Shown here: in pieces, positions 1-12,833 of the stretch
Numbering within the stretch: the stretch's first letter is position 1
How the letters are laid out: every line of letters starts with the position of its first letter
Origin: Octopus bimaculoides
Taxonomy: Eukaryota
Length of the DNA stretch: 55,373 nucleotides
Reading direction: 5' to 3'
Assembly: GCF_001194135.2 (NCBI RefSeq)
Contig: NC_068983.1
Location: 67,538,300-67,593,672, forward strand
Notes under the pieces: generated by a model
What the model saw: only the letters and a program-made list of their open reading frames with translations
Told to the model about the DNA's origin: nothing
The model's database searches: none
Made by a program: the position numbers and the translations under genes

Positions 1-342
1 TGATCCGATCAACGAACAGCTTGCTCGTGAAATTAACGTGCAAGTGGCTGAGCACTCCACAGACACGTGTACACTTAACGTAGTTCTCGGGGATATTCAG
101 CGTGACACAGTGTGACAAGGCTGACCCTTTGAATTACAAGCACAACAGAAACAGGAAGTAAGAGTGAGAGAAAGTTGTGGTGAAAGAGTACAGCAGGGTT
201 CGCCACCATCCCCTGCCGGAGCCTCGTGGAGCTTTAGGTGTTTTCGCTCATTAAACACTCACAACGCCCAGTCTGGGAGTCGAAACCGCGATCCTATGAC
301 CGCGAGTCCGCTGCCCTAACAAATGGGCCATTGCGCCTCCAC
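1..342 (-). mobile_element. tRNA-derived SINE (family A), cut by the window edge
   Basis: Minus strand starts GTGGAGGCGCAATGGCCC..TTAGGGCAGCGGACTCGCGGTCATAGGATCGCGGTTTCGACTCCC, a tRNA-like head with A-box- and B-box-like motifs. A degenerate relative lies at about 31770-31961. Confidence 0.8.
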
Positions 343-723
343 AGGTCCAACTTACACAGAGTACAAACGACAGAGAAAATCAGAAGAGTGAAAGAAAGGT
401 GTTATAAGTCCAACAGCTGTTTCTGGAAGCTCGGTGATCCATTATAATCTTGGTCGTTTAGCTCATCACAATATGGCAGCTGTATGGATGCAGTTAACAT
501 TAGATGAGACGAGCCTCCGTCATCAGGGTTGAGAGGATCTTACATTTCGGATCTTAGTGCAGGAACTTCTCTGCATTGGGACTGAACGAGTATATTTAGT
601 TATTAAAGTGTTTTTTTTTTTACTTTATTCTTAGACATATTCTGATGTGGAACAAAGTGAACTAATCTTGTAAGTACCATTATTTTTATACACATGAACA
701 TATACACACAGACGTACATACGC

Positions 724-771
724 TCTCTTTCTCATATGTACACACACACACACACACCTGCACGCACGCTC

Positions 772-851
<80 letters not shown>
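724..851. repeat. (CA)n/(CT)n compound microsatellite
   Basis: Directly visible. Confidence 0.95.
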
Positions 852-1754
852 ACGTAGACACACACATCATACACCCTTTGGTTTCTCTTAAGTATGCCTA
901 CTTTATCAGCTACTTGTTCGTGTATTCATTACGAGGCGAAACACGTAGCGAACAAGGAAGAACGCTGTCACTGATTCAGTTGGCTGTCTTCTTATTAAGA
1001 CTATTTTATTTCAATATTTGTTGCCTTTCTGTTGCCTTTTAATGCCTTTGTTCCATCTTCCTACTACAATTCCCACACTACCTCAATCATTTTGCATCCT
1101 CTCCGTTGTATATCTTCCATTTTTCACTTTGGTGGCATTGCTAACAAAGATCGTAGTTTTTCTTAACGTCGAGAGTTAACGTTTTTTTCATAGTTTTTTC
1201 TTATATTTTTATGTCTCTGTGATTCTCTAACGATTGCCGCTTGGTTTTCTGTTTCTCTTTGTAACCAAAAGGCAATTTTAAATTCAGTTTGAGTACGTCA
1301 TCACCGACCCAATACGCACTCGAACACACGGAGAAGAAAGATAGACTGACAGACAATATTTAGTTATCTACATGAAAGAGAGACGATGAGGAGGGAAAAG
1401 AAATGTTCAGTTATTTACTCTTCATAAGTAGAGACTGAGTGAATGAAACTTATTTAATGAATGAATTCAGCTATAGCTCAATAGTTCTATCAAGGTGATA
1501 ATCTTTTCGACTACCCTCCAATTTGAACGCAATGACATTGATTTTAAAAGGTATCTACAAGTTTACAGTACAATTATTGCTATTTGTTCCACATGCACTA
1601 AAAGCATGTTGAATAACCAGCACTCTAAAGTCTCGTCTACCAACTCTCTACTGTCTCTCAGAACATGTCTGCGTATAAATCAGTGAAGCAGAAGACCTTA
1701 CCTATGAAATCTTACCAACAACCGGAAATCACCTTTGAAAGACCTTAAACGTCA

Positions 1755-1768
1755 TAATGACGTCATTA
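1755..1768. promoter_or_regulatory. 14-bp palindrome TAATGACGTCATTA containing a full CRE (TGACGTCA, 1758-1765)
   Basis: The motif is seen directly; function is unproven. Nearby are ACCGGAAAT (ETS-like, 1721-1729) and two minus-strand GTAAG donor-like sites. Confidence 0.3.
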
Positions 1769-2119
1769 GATAAAATGAAGGGAGGTTTAGCGAGCGTTTG
1801 AGGACGTTTACATTAAGATAATCTCTAGTAGACTATCAGATAACGAGGGACTTGCTTTCGGGAGAGTTTTATACGTAAATTAGAGATAAACAGAAAGAAA
1901 CAACTGATGGTGTTATACGGTTAAAGGTAATATCTTACGGCAAGGTATTTTGTATGACTTTTCTCCATTAAATCAATATCATGGCTTGGAATTTGTTTCG
2001 TACTTAAATGTTTTGGTGGTGAAATATTCAGAATGGAGGTCACTTACTAATGTTGGTGGTAGTGTGTCCATGATGATGATGGTGTGTTAATATTGATAAT
2101 AAGGTTTTCATATTGGTCA

Positions 2120-2261
2120 GAGTGTATTCATGAAGTTAGTAACGTATTCATGATTCTGATGGTAGTTAGTGATGTATTCTTAATGATGTTAGTGATGTAT
2201 TCATAATGATGTTAGTAATGTATTCATAATGATGTTAGTGATGTATTCATAATGATGTTAG
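2120..2261. repeat. 23-bp minisatellite GTTAGTGATGTATTCATAATGAT
   Basis: Four near-perfect units from 2165, plus degenerate units upstream. Confidence 0.9.
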
Positions 2262-3362
2262 GCTAGCATTGCGAGACGTATTCTTTCCTCTTTTGAAACG
2301 ATAAGATGTGATTTGAGGGTTGTGTGACTCTTATTTCTAGCAAATAGAACGATTATATACATGGTCCCTAGTCAGTTCATGGTGCTGGTGGCGGTGATAG
2401 CAACAGCAACAGCATGATGGTGGTGATGATAGTAATAGATCGTTAGCACTAATGTCGAATATGTTGTTAGCATTGATATATATTGATGGTACATATGGTA
2501 TATTGCAATTATTGTTTTGTCTTTATGACAGATTCTGTGTGTTTATCGAGTCTCGGTAATATACTGTAAATAGAGTGCTCATAAAGATTGTGCAGTAAAA
2601 TATTTTGCTCAAGTCAATGGCTAAACTAATTTACTGTTGAATAGTTTCGTCGGACGATAGCATAAGACCAACGACCGTCTGTATGCAAGCTTATACTTTC
2701 CAGCAATGGTCATACCGTTATTTAGAGGTCTATTTAGGACTATATCATATAATGTGCACCTTGTTTTTTTTAAGACTGTGGAATGTTATGGGTGATTTGA
2801 GGAAGATTTAACTGCTATTTCTAGTAGATCGAACAACTACGTAGATACTTTCTTGTTAGTTGGTGAGACTTTTCTTTTGCAGTCTCGTGTTATTCTCGTG
2901 TTACTCTTTTATTGTCTCGTGATGCTCTATCAGAACTCGTGGATTTGTCACAGTTGTTTTTAAGAACCAAGAGGTATATTCATGTATTTGTAAACAATCT
3001 AGCACGGACGTACACACACGTTCCGTTATCTAGATAAATAAATACATATGACATAATGTACAGTAGTGCATATATAAAATATATGTGGGGACATGGCGAT
3101 ATGGTTAAGGAAATCCCTTCGCCATCGTGTATTGCATGGTGCCATCGTACTGCGAATCGACCAAAGTTTTGTCAGTGAAATCCTGTTAACTCACGGTTTT
3201 TTATAACTTGTGAACGTTTCATACGAAAAATCAGATGAAGGCAATGCATACATAAACAAACACATACATATGTTACAAATGAAAATACACGAACAAAACA
3301 CAGAGTATTCAATAAGATTGTAGAGTAAGATGTGTGTATTTGTGTGTGTGTGTGTGTGCGTG

Positions 3363-3407
<45 letters not shown>

Positions 3408-3469
3408 CATAGTCAATCTATGAACTAATGCATTGTTACTAATGATTTCATGATAATGTTTATAAAAAT

Positions 3470-3639
3470 GAGTGGCTGTGTGGTAAGTAGTTTGCTTACG
3501 AACCGCATGGTTCCGGGTTCAGTCCCACTGCGTGACACCTAGAGCAAGTGTCTTCTACTATAGCCTCTAGCCGACCAAAGCCTTGTGAGTGGATTTGGTA
3601 GACGGAAACTGAAAGAAGCCCGTCGTATATATGTATGTC

Positions 3640-3688
<49 letters not shown>

Positions 3689-3878
3689 AACATCGCTTGA
3701 TAACCGATGCTGATGTGTTTACGTCCCCGTAACTTAGCGGTTTGGCAAAAGCGAGCGATAGAATAAGTTCTAGGCTTACAAAGAGTAAATCCTGGAGTCG
3801 AATTGCTCGACTAAAGGTGGTGCTCCTGCATGGCCGCAGTCAAATGACTGAAACAAGTAAAAGAGAGTAAAGAGAGTA
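3470..3878 (+). mobile_element. tRNA-derived SINE (family B, CORE-like, with internal (TA)/(TG) microsatellite), near full length
   Basis: Head GAGTGGCTGTGTGGTAAG..GGTTCCGGGTTCAGTCCCACTGCG, central GCAAGTGTCTTCTACTATAGCCTC segment, tail GGTGCTCC..CATGGCCGCAGTCAAATGACTGAAACAAGTAAAAGAG. Recurs more than 10 times in the window. Confidence 0.9.
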
Positions 3879-4530
3879 AGCATCGGATTTTCCACGAAGT
3901 TACTCTCGATCATATATAGAATTCGAGCTTGGGTGCCTTCGTGGAAGATCAGTAGTTTTAAATACTCTATGAATGAATGTATTTTAACTCTATTATTGAA
4001 CAATTAATAACAATTCATACATTCCTTACACTAACACATACAGACACAACACGCCCATATTAAAAACACTGTCAATGTAACATAATGTATGTGTGTACTT
4101 GAAGTACCAGAAGCTGAGGCTTTCATCAGGGAAAAATTCTTTCATAAGCGTATTGTGATAAAAATTCATAATATAATTCAAAGTTAAGGGCAATGAAATC
4201 GCCCCAGAAGCGACCGCGATGGTGATAGATATGTATTTCACCGTTTTTGCGGCTTGTCAGTCTCACGTGTTATTTCTGAAACGAAATCGAATCAACTAGT
4301 CTGAAGTATAAACTGATAGTTATAAGTTTTATGCTGGTATGAAAAGATAGAGTTTCTACTGTAGAACTGTTTTCATTACATAATTCGAATTCATTCATGC
4401 ACATTCTGATTTTTTTCTGGGGATCAATATGCAACACAGTTAAACTAATTTAACACAACGTTGTATACAATGTGTTTTCTATTACGATTTGATAATCAGC
4501 TTTTACTCCCTCTCTCTATCTGCATACGTA

Positions 4531-4582
<52 letters not shown>

Positions 4583-5359
4583 NNNNNNNNNNNNNNNNNN
4601 NNNNNNNNNNNNNNNNNNNNNNNNNNNNNNNNNNNNNNNNNNNNNNNNNNNNNNNNNNNNNNNNNNNNNNNNNNNNNNNNNNNNNNNNNNNNNNNNNNNN
4701 NNNNNNNNNNNNNNNNNNNNNNNNNNNNNNNNNNNNNNNNNNNNNNNNNNNNNNNNNNNNNNNNNNNNNNNNNNNNNNNNNNNNNNNNNNNNNNNNNNNN
4801 NNNNNNNNNNNNNNNNNNNNNNNNNNNNNNNNNNNNNNNNNNNNNNNNNNNNNNNNNNNNNNNNNNNNNNNNNNNNNNNNNNNNNNNNNNNNNNNNNNNN
4901 NNNNNNNNNNNNNNNNNNNNNNNNNNNNNNNNNNNNNNNNNNNNNNNNNNNNNNNNNNNNNNNNNNNNNNNNNNNNNNNNNNNNNNNNNNNNNNNNNNNN
5001 NNNNNNNNNNNNNNNNNNNNNNNNNNNCTCCATTAAAGATAGCCTGCGACACAACAATTGAAAATGGTCACAAACTAACTGGGAAGGCTCTACGCAGTGG
5101 GTGGAACTGTCACATCTCATTTAAATCACATATAGTAACGTGTTTTTAAAGAAGGAGGTAACTCATTGAACAACGTAGACTCAGATATAAAAAAAGACAG
5201 GATAATCACGACTGGAACACATTTTCTCAAAATAAATTTGAGCTTAAACGACAGGATATTGTATTGTGTGCACATAATATATAATATATCATACACATGT
5301 ATTCTTTCATGTACGCTCTCACTCACTCTCTCTCTCTCTCTCTCTCTTTCCCTATCTCG

Positions 5360-5393
<34 letters not shown>

Positions 5394-5559
5394 GTGTGTG
5401 TACAAATAAATTCCTCTATTTACATAATATCGAGGTCTCTTTCATTCTTTTGTTGTCTTACCATTACTATTAATATATATACACACACACGCATACACAT
5501 TCATACATACACATTGCACACATATATCAGTGACATATTCATAGGACAACAGTCGTATA

Positions 5560-5594
<35 letters not shown>

Positions 5595-6100
5595 GTCTCA
5601 AGAACATGATCAGCTGTTGGTCGCCCCTGACTTGTTTATTTTTAATAAAGAAAACAAAAGTAAGAATCAAAGCGAGGCTAAAAATGCAAGGGTGAACGTG
5701 GTTGGCTACAAAAATTCATCATGGCTTTCTCACTATGATTCATTTATCATGTCAATTTAGGGTGGTGCCAAATTTGTTAACAGCTTTGCTCTTACTCAGC
5801 AAACAAAACTGATAATCTTTTTATTGTTGTAATTTTTTTATTTAGCTGCCGCTATTGTTGTTGGTAAATTTTATTTCGTTCTTGTGCTTTGTCATGTTTT
5901 GTTCATATTCTAGAAGACAACTCAGCGTGATGTGTTTAGAAATAAATTAGTTAAGACGTAAGATAGTCTTGCATATTGTATGAATACTACTACCACTACT
6001 ACTACTACTACTACTACCAATAATAGTAATGATAATAATAACGATTTCTTTATTTGCCACAAGGGCAAATCACTAAAATATACTAGCTAATAATAATAAG

Positions 6101-6320
6101 GATAATTCTTTTCTACTCTAGGTACAAGGCCTGAACTTTTGGGGGAGGGGGCCAATCGATCAGATCGACACCAGTACGCAACTGGTAATTAATTTATCGA
6201 CCCCGAAAGGATGAAAGGCAAAGTCGACCTCGGTGGAATTTGAACTCAGAACGTAAAAACGGACAAAATGCCGCTAAACATTTTGCCCGGCGTGCTAACA
6301 ATTGTGCAACTTCGCCGCCT

Positions 6321-6321
<1 letters not shown>
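6101..6321 (-). mobile_element. tRNA-derived SINE (family C, microsatellite-associated)
   Basis: Minus strand AAGGCGGCG..GTTCTGAGTTCAAATTCC..GAGGTCGACTTTGCCTTTCATCCTTTCGGGGTCGATAAA..CCCCCAAAAGTTCAGGCCTTG. Abuts (TAA)n; homologous to 24385-24520 and 35029-35243. Confidence 0.85.
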
Positions 6322-6381
<60 letters not shown>

Positions 6382-6410
6382 TGATGATGATGATGATGAT
6401 GATGATAATA
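6322..6410. repeat. (TAA)n(TGA)n compound microsatellite
   Basis: Directly visible. Confidence 0.95.
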
Positions 6411-7951
6411 ATGTGTTATCTGTCACCGAAGGCGACTCATTGTAAAGACAGAAAACTAAAGCAGAAATAGTGGCGAGCTAATATGGAGTAGTATAAATAT
6501 ATAAACATACAGAATTATAAGCGTAACAGAAGAGAAAGAAAGCAGAATACTATAATGAAAATATGACAATATCTCAGAATAACGTTTAGAGCTGTATATA
6601 ACAACAAAATTGAAAAGTGAAAATAAAATCAAGGCAGCTCATTACAAAACAAAACGTCTTCTATTTGCTCGCTGTCCTTCTAAACACACACAAAAAAAAC
6701 GAGAGTTGAGTCATCCAACCACTATAAGTTCTTCACTTTTATTTGCAAATGATAATGTCTGTCGGAGGTTAAAATATGATTCTACGCTCTTCTTCACTGC
6801 AAATGATACTTGGACAAAACAATAAAGATCTTGACATAAAACAAATCTAACCCAAGATAATACAACGAATTATGCATATTGGGATTCTCCATCTAGCCTT
6901 AGATTAGACCTAATCTTTTCTCATTTTTTTTTTTCATATCCTAGTGTATCTAAGAGTATTGTATCTGTGTCCTTCCTTTTTGAAGGTAGATTGACATTTG
7001 AAAGAAATCTGGCAATTATTTCTAGCAGCTCTGCTTACCACGTGGATGGCTTATCAATAGTGTGCGGTGATGTTGTGAAGAGAGAGAAAAAGAGGAGGAG
7101 AGAGGTGAGAGGGATAGGAGGTCAATAACATTTAAAACATAATTTCTGTTTTAGAAAATTTTGTTATTATCACATTTAGAAATAGCATTTTAAATTCAAA
7201 GATTTGTTGAGACGTTATTGAGTTAAGGTAGTAAATTGGCTGCCATTTTAAATGCTGGTTGATTAGATTAAGGTGACGTCATTGTTTGAGATGATCGCAT
7301 TGAGGAATAAACGATCACAGTGTGTGTATGTTATTTCTGTCATCTTTAATTTCATTATCTTATTTTTAATATTACTTTTTCTCTCTCCCCCTCTCTCCTG
7401 TCTCTGTGTGAGTGGGCACAAATAAGAACAGGCAAGCTGGTACCGCAGTTTCTATTGCTCGTGTATATGTGCGATACCACATATGTGTGTAAATATCTGT
7501 AGCCTTGCGATTTATCTATGATGTTCATATGAGTGTGTATTGCTATATATATGTAACTACTGCTGTTGACAAGCCTCTTGTTGCGGTCACTGACCAGACC
7601 AAAAGAAATCCCCTACCTTTCCTTATAGTGACCATTCTTTCTAGTTCTAATCTTTCCTTCACTCATCGCCCTCATTCTCTCTCTGCCTCACCACCTCTCA
7701 AATTCTCTTACTCACTCTCACCCAACACTTTTCTCGATCCAGTTGTCTCCTTCCCACGCATGTGCAACTGATAACTTGCTGTTGTTTCCTGTTAGTCTCT
7801 ATCGTGTTCAAATTCTCATGCTCTAAGGAGAATGAAAGTAAAAGCGTTTCGGCGTTTTATCCGAAGAAGGATTTACTCTGAGACTCCTATCCTAACGGAA
7901 TACAAGCTTAAGCATCTTTAAAACTAATGTGTGTGTATGTGTGTGTGTGTG

Positions 7952-7984
<33 letters not shown>

Positions 7985-8775
7985 GTGTGCGTGTGCGTGC
8001 GTGTGTGTGCGTGTCTGTCTGTCTGTGTGTTTATGTATGTGTAGGTATGTGTGCATTCTTGTATGTACGTGTGCATTCTTGTATCTATGTACTCTTTGCA
8101 ATCGCACATCAATGAAAAATATTTCGAGCCCTAAGGCAAGCAAGTTTTCCGGAAGCACAATCCCAGGAAAAAAGATCTATAAAATTCTTCTCAGCCGAGT
8201 ACCAAAATGACATCAATTACAAAATATCAAAAGTATAGAAGCGTGCTAAAAATCGTCAAAATAGTTTGTCAACTTTAATTTCTTATCTGAAATATCTAAA
8301 TTCCAGAAACAGTTCATTCATAAGAATATTTAAAATCATATGCATTCAAATTCCTCTGCAGAGTACAGATGGTTTGTCTCGTTAACAGGCAGTCACTGCG
8401 CTTTGGTTTTGTTTATTTAAAACCCACTATCAAAGATCTAAGTGAGGATGAAGAAAGAGACGAGCGAAAAAACAACTATACACAACGACAAAAAAGTGAC
8501 GGGACTTATTGATAGTGTAGCATAAGAGAACTAGCTATGCGTATCTCGGAGACAACGTTATAATAATAAAATATGTATTTGAATAAAATATTTTGTAAAT
8601 TATCCAATATATGCATACCCAACAACGAACCAGAAACGAACATCGTTAGTGAGCCCACGCGCGTATGGGTGTTTGTGTGTATGTGTATGTGTGTGTGTTT
8701 GTGTGTGTGTGTGTGCGCGCGCATGTGTGTGTATGTAGGCGTGGCTGTATATAGGTGCAGGCGTGGTTGTATATA

Positions 8776-8936
8776 GGTGCAGGCGTGGATGTGGTAAGAC
8801 GCTTACTTCCCAACCACATGGTTCTGGGTTCAGTTCAACTGCGTGACACTTTGGGCAAGTGTCTTCTACTATAGCCTCGGGCCGACCAAAGCCTTGTGAG
8901 TGGATTTCGTAGCCGGAAACTGAAAGAAGCCTATCG

Positions 8937-9013
<77 letters not shown>

Positions 9014-9252
9014 GAGTTGGGGTGGGTGACATTGTCTCTCTGCTTGTCCCCCCCATCACTGCTTGACAACCAGTGTTGATGTGTTTACGTCCCCATTACT
9101 TAGTGGTTCGGTAAAAGTAACCGAGAGAACAAGTACTAGACTTTAAAAAATATAATAAATCTTGGTGTCAATTTGTTCGACTAAAACCCTTCATGCGGGT
9201 GCTCCAGCATGGCCGGAGTCAAATGACTGAAACAAGTAAAAGAATAAAAGAA
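8776..9252 (+). mobile_element. SINE family B, full length with long internal (TG)n
   Basis: Same head, core and tail as 3470-3878. Confidence 0.9.
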
Positions 9253-9890
9253 AAAGGAATATATAGTCAGTAGCAGGTGTGTCCGAAGAATTTTTAGAGG
9301 TGACTTTTATGGCTGTGTTAAGAACGTCAACAACAACCTCAACAACCATAGCAACAATGACATTCCATCTATTAGAGAATACAGTAATCAACCATCTGTT
9401 GACACCATAACGAAACAACAACAACAACAACAACAACAAGTCAAACTTCAAGGCCAATAGCATCAACAACAATAACAAAGCAAGCAGCAACAGCAACAAT
9501 AATAAGAAAGCAAACAACAACAACATTCCATCTGACAATCAATGACATGACGGTACCTTAACGTGCTCGGTCGACTAAATAGAAGCAAATGGATCTCCGT
9601 TATTTTCGACGATGCAGCTAAAATAATTGTACATTGAATTGGCGTTTAAGTGGTCAAATCTTCCACTGACACCTGTACTAATAATGTAATCCTCAGCTAG
9701 AATAAATGTGATACAGTGTGTAAGGAAATGTTCATTTGCCCAGTCTATTATTAGAGATCTTTTAAAAACAATTACTTTTTTATATTTTTTACCAATGTTT
9801 TATCAAACATTCGTTATGCATATCTCGGGGACAACGTTATTATTATAAAATACATATTTGTATTAGATATTTTGTAAAATATATACATAT

Positions 9891-10314
9891 AGGTGCAGGA
9901 GTGGCAGTGTGGTAACTAGCTTGCTTACTAACCACATGGTTCTGGGTTCATTCCCACTGCATGGCACCTTGGGCAAGTGTCTTCTACTATAGCCTCGGGC
10001 CGACCAAAGCCTTGTGAGTGGATTTGGTAGACGGAAACTGAAAGAAGCCCGTCGTATATATGTATATGTATATATGTATATATGTGTGTGTTTGTGTGTC
10101 TGTGTTTGTCCCCCCCCACCACCGCTTAACAACCGATGCTGGTGTGTTTACGTCCCCGTAACTTAGCGGTTCGGCAAAAGAGACCGATAGAATAAGTACT
10201 AAGCTTCCAAAGAATAAGTCCTGGGGTCGATTTGCTCGACTAAAGAAAGGTGGTGCTCCAGCATGGCCGCAGTCAAATGACTGAAACAAGTAAAAGAGTA
10301 AAAGAGTAAAAGAG
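9891..10314 (+). mobile_element. SINE family B, full length, young-looking copy
   Basis: Complete head to (TAAAAGAG)n tail. Confidence 0.9.
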
Positions 10315-10403
10315 TATATTTTAGCCAATATATACATACCCAATAACAAAACCAGAAGTGAACATCGTAAGTGATCCCGCCCGTGTGAGTGTGAGTCCAT
10401 ATA

Positions 10404-10690
10404 AGAGGGGGTACCCCAAAAACACCTCGGAATTTTGCAATATTATTTTATTCACTAACTTTTACATGCTTACACTTTTATCGCCTTCAAAGTATTCACC
10501 ATTTGAAACACTGCATCGGTCCAGACACATTTTCCAATATTCGAAACAGTCCTGGAACTCTTGCGAAGTGATGCCTTTCAATGCTTCTGTCGTTTTTATC
10601 TTCACCTCCTCTACATCTGCAAATTCAGTAGCCCCAGCTTTCGTTACCAGTGATGACATTTGCAAACTTTTAAAAAGGTAATAACTATTT
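10404..10690 (-). mobile_element. Mariner transposon 3' fragment (transposase C-terminus plus TIR)
   Basis: Minus-strand EFADVEEVKIKTTEALKGITSQEFQDCFEYWKMCLDRCSVSNGEYFEGD matches the mariner C-terminal pattern. TIR-like TA-AGAGGGGGTACCCCAAAAA at 10402-10421. Confidence 0.8.
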
Positions 10691-10701
10691 ATTGATTTAT
10701 T

Positions 10702-10912
10702 CTCTCTTTTACTCTTTTACTTGTTTCAGTCTTTTGACTGTGGCCATGCTGGAGCACCGCCTTTAGTCGAGCAAATCGACCCCAGGACTTATTCTTTGGA
10801 AGCCTAGTACTTATTCTATCGATCTCTTTTGCCGAACCGCTAAGTTACGGGGACATAAACACACCAGCATCGGTTGTCAAGCGATGTTGGGGGGACAAAC
10901 ACAGACATACAA

Positions 10913-10949
<37 letters not shown>

Positions 10950-11057
10950 CATACATATATACGACAGGCTTCTTTCAGTTTCCGTCTACCAAATCCACTC
11001 ACAAGGCTTTGGTCGGCCCGAGGCTATAGTAGAAGACACTTGCCCAAGATGCCACGC
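10702..11057 (-). mobile_element. SINE family B, 5'-truncated, inverted relative to 9891-10314
   Basis: Reverse complement of the family B body and tail. Confidence 0.9.
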
Positions 11058-11189
11058 GAAAATGAATTTCAAAGGAGCGATTAGCTTATATAACCATATC
11101 ATTACACACACCGAATTATGAAATCAATTTCAGCAGGAATTGATGGGATTGAAAATTGGCTGCCAAACAGAAAAGATCCCTTGTTTTTG

Positions 11190-11450
11190 ACTTTTTAAAG
11201 TCTGAAATTTATTCTATCGGGTCTTTTGCCGAATCGCAAGGTTTCGGGGATGTAAACAAACACCGGCTGTCAAGAGGGGCACGAGAACACACACACACAC
11301 ACACACACACACGTGAAGGTTTTTCACATTTTTCTATCTACCAAATTCGCTCACAAGGTATTGGTCGCCCCGATGCTACAATAGTCCGAGGTGCTACGCA
11401 GTGGGACTGAACCCGAAGCTACGTGGCTGCAACGTAAGCTTCTTAGATAT
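11190..11450 (-). mobile_element. Degenerate SINE family B
   Basis: Diverged body and CORE-like segment (CAGTGGGACTGAACCCG on + strand). Confidence 0.7.
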
Positions 11451-12269
11451 CCATTTCAAGAAAAGAAAAGGGAAAAAAAAGAGGGTACGTCGGGCATTGT
11501 ATGGTCAATGCTCGATCGGGGATACCCTAGAGATAAACAACATTCCACCCATTAGATTATTGTAATCATCTATCTGTTGACATCGCAACCAAACAACGAC
11601 AATAACAACAATAACAACAAACAAACCAAACATTTCAGACTGGACAAACAACAGCAACAGCAACAACACCAACAACAACAGGAGTAGAAAGAAGATAGAG
11701 AAGGAAAAGGTAGAGAAATAAGAATGAAAAGAAATAAAAATGAAATGTGGTGAAGAAGAAAAAAAAGAAGAAAAAGAAGAAGGAGGAGGAGGAGGAGAAA
11801 GGAGAGAGGAGGAGAAGAAGAAGGAGAAGAAGAAGAAGAAGAAGCGAGTGATGGTGATGATCTATAAGTTCAGCAGCAATTAAGAACGTCTACAACAACA
11901 ATTAACCTTGAACTGTTCGGTGTGGTGGTGGCCTTTGTTAGGAGAGCTGCGGTTGAAGGGAATGGGTTGTGAAATGATTTATCTAATTTATTTATTTATC
12001 TAATTTGTTTATTTGTTTATAATTTGTTCGAATATTTTGTTTATTGCATCTTGAGACGAAACTATATATATTTTCCTGCTTCAACGGGGGAGGAAAGGAA
12101 AGAAACACCCAACACTAGAAAGTTATAGCTGGAATTAATGATAATGAGAATTATTTTATAATAGAAGTACGAGGCTCGGCATTATTTAATCACAACAAGA
12201 CCAACAATAGCAAGATTTGGTAAACAATATTTGAAACAGTGGCACACATATATCTTTTATTTTAATTTT

Positions 12270-12440
12270 ATTTTTTACTTGTTTCAGCTATTGGACTGCG
12301 GCCATGCTGGAGCACGGCCTTGGAGTGTTTTAGCCGAATAATTCAATCACAGTACTTATTTTTCTTTGTAAGTTTGATACTAACCCTATCGGTCTCTTTC
12401 GTCGAATTGTTAAGCTACCAACACCAGCCGTGAAGCGACA
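12270..12440 (-). mobile_element. Degenerate SINE family B 3' part
   Basis: TTTTACTTGTTTCAG..CTGCGGCCATGCTGGAGCAC tail in reverse. Confidence 0.7.
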
Positions 12441-12682
12441 GGAGACAAATAATACAAAGGGGATTTTGTTGCTTTAACTTCTCTATGTGGCTTGTGTGTT
12501 TTCTCGTCTACGTTTTGTTTGCAATGTCCTGTACCCAGATATGCACCTATACATACAGGTGGATGTCGGTATGCACATACCTGTACGTATATATGCATAT
12601 ACTCATTTACTATTTGTTTATATATATATATATAAGCAATGTTAATTCTCTAAATGAAGTATTAACAGTAACTGCACGATAA

Positions 12683-12802
12683 AGTGTAGTATATTGCCAC
12701 TTAAGTGTGGCTGACCCNNNNNNNNNNGATGTCCTCCTGGGGCTAAAAGCAACAGTAACATCCACCCCTAGGGGTCAGCCACACTTAAGTGGCAATATAC
12801 TA

Positions 12803-12806
<4 letters not shown>
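12683..12806. mobile_element. Short fold-back element (MITE-like) with perfect 35-bp arms
   Basis: AGTGTAGTATATTGCCACTTAAGTGTGGCTGACCC (12683-12717) is the exact reverse complement of 12772-12806. A 10-N gap lies inside; (TA)n follows on the right. Confidence 0.8.

Positions 12807-12833
<27 letters not shown>

Noticed and set aside
240-342. tRNA gene (also other SINE heads)
   Set aside because: The tRNA-like heads continue into SINE bodies and lack a complete cloverleaf.
500-570. Minus-strand GAUCC-GAAA...CUGAUGA-CGGA, in the same segment order as the 41.4-kb motif
   Set aside because: No upstream strand complementary to stems I and III and no cleavage triplet could be placed. At most a decayed relic.
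2120-2261. CRISPR-like array
   Set aside because: Contiguous tandem units without unique spacers, in eukaryotic DNA; it is a minisatellite.
4461-5149. Long ORFs spanning N runs (also at about 16.0, 19.3, 27.8-29.1, 33.8 and 47.6 kb)
   Set aside because: Open only because Ns and dinucleotide repeats contain no stop codons.
7274-7281. Second TGACGTCA CRE site
   Set aside because: An isolated 8-mer with no supporting context; expected by chance in 55 kb.
9191-9538. Leu-rich, membrane-like ORF
   Set aside because: Reverse reading of a (CAA)n/(CAG)n simple repeat.
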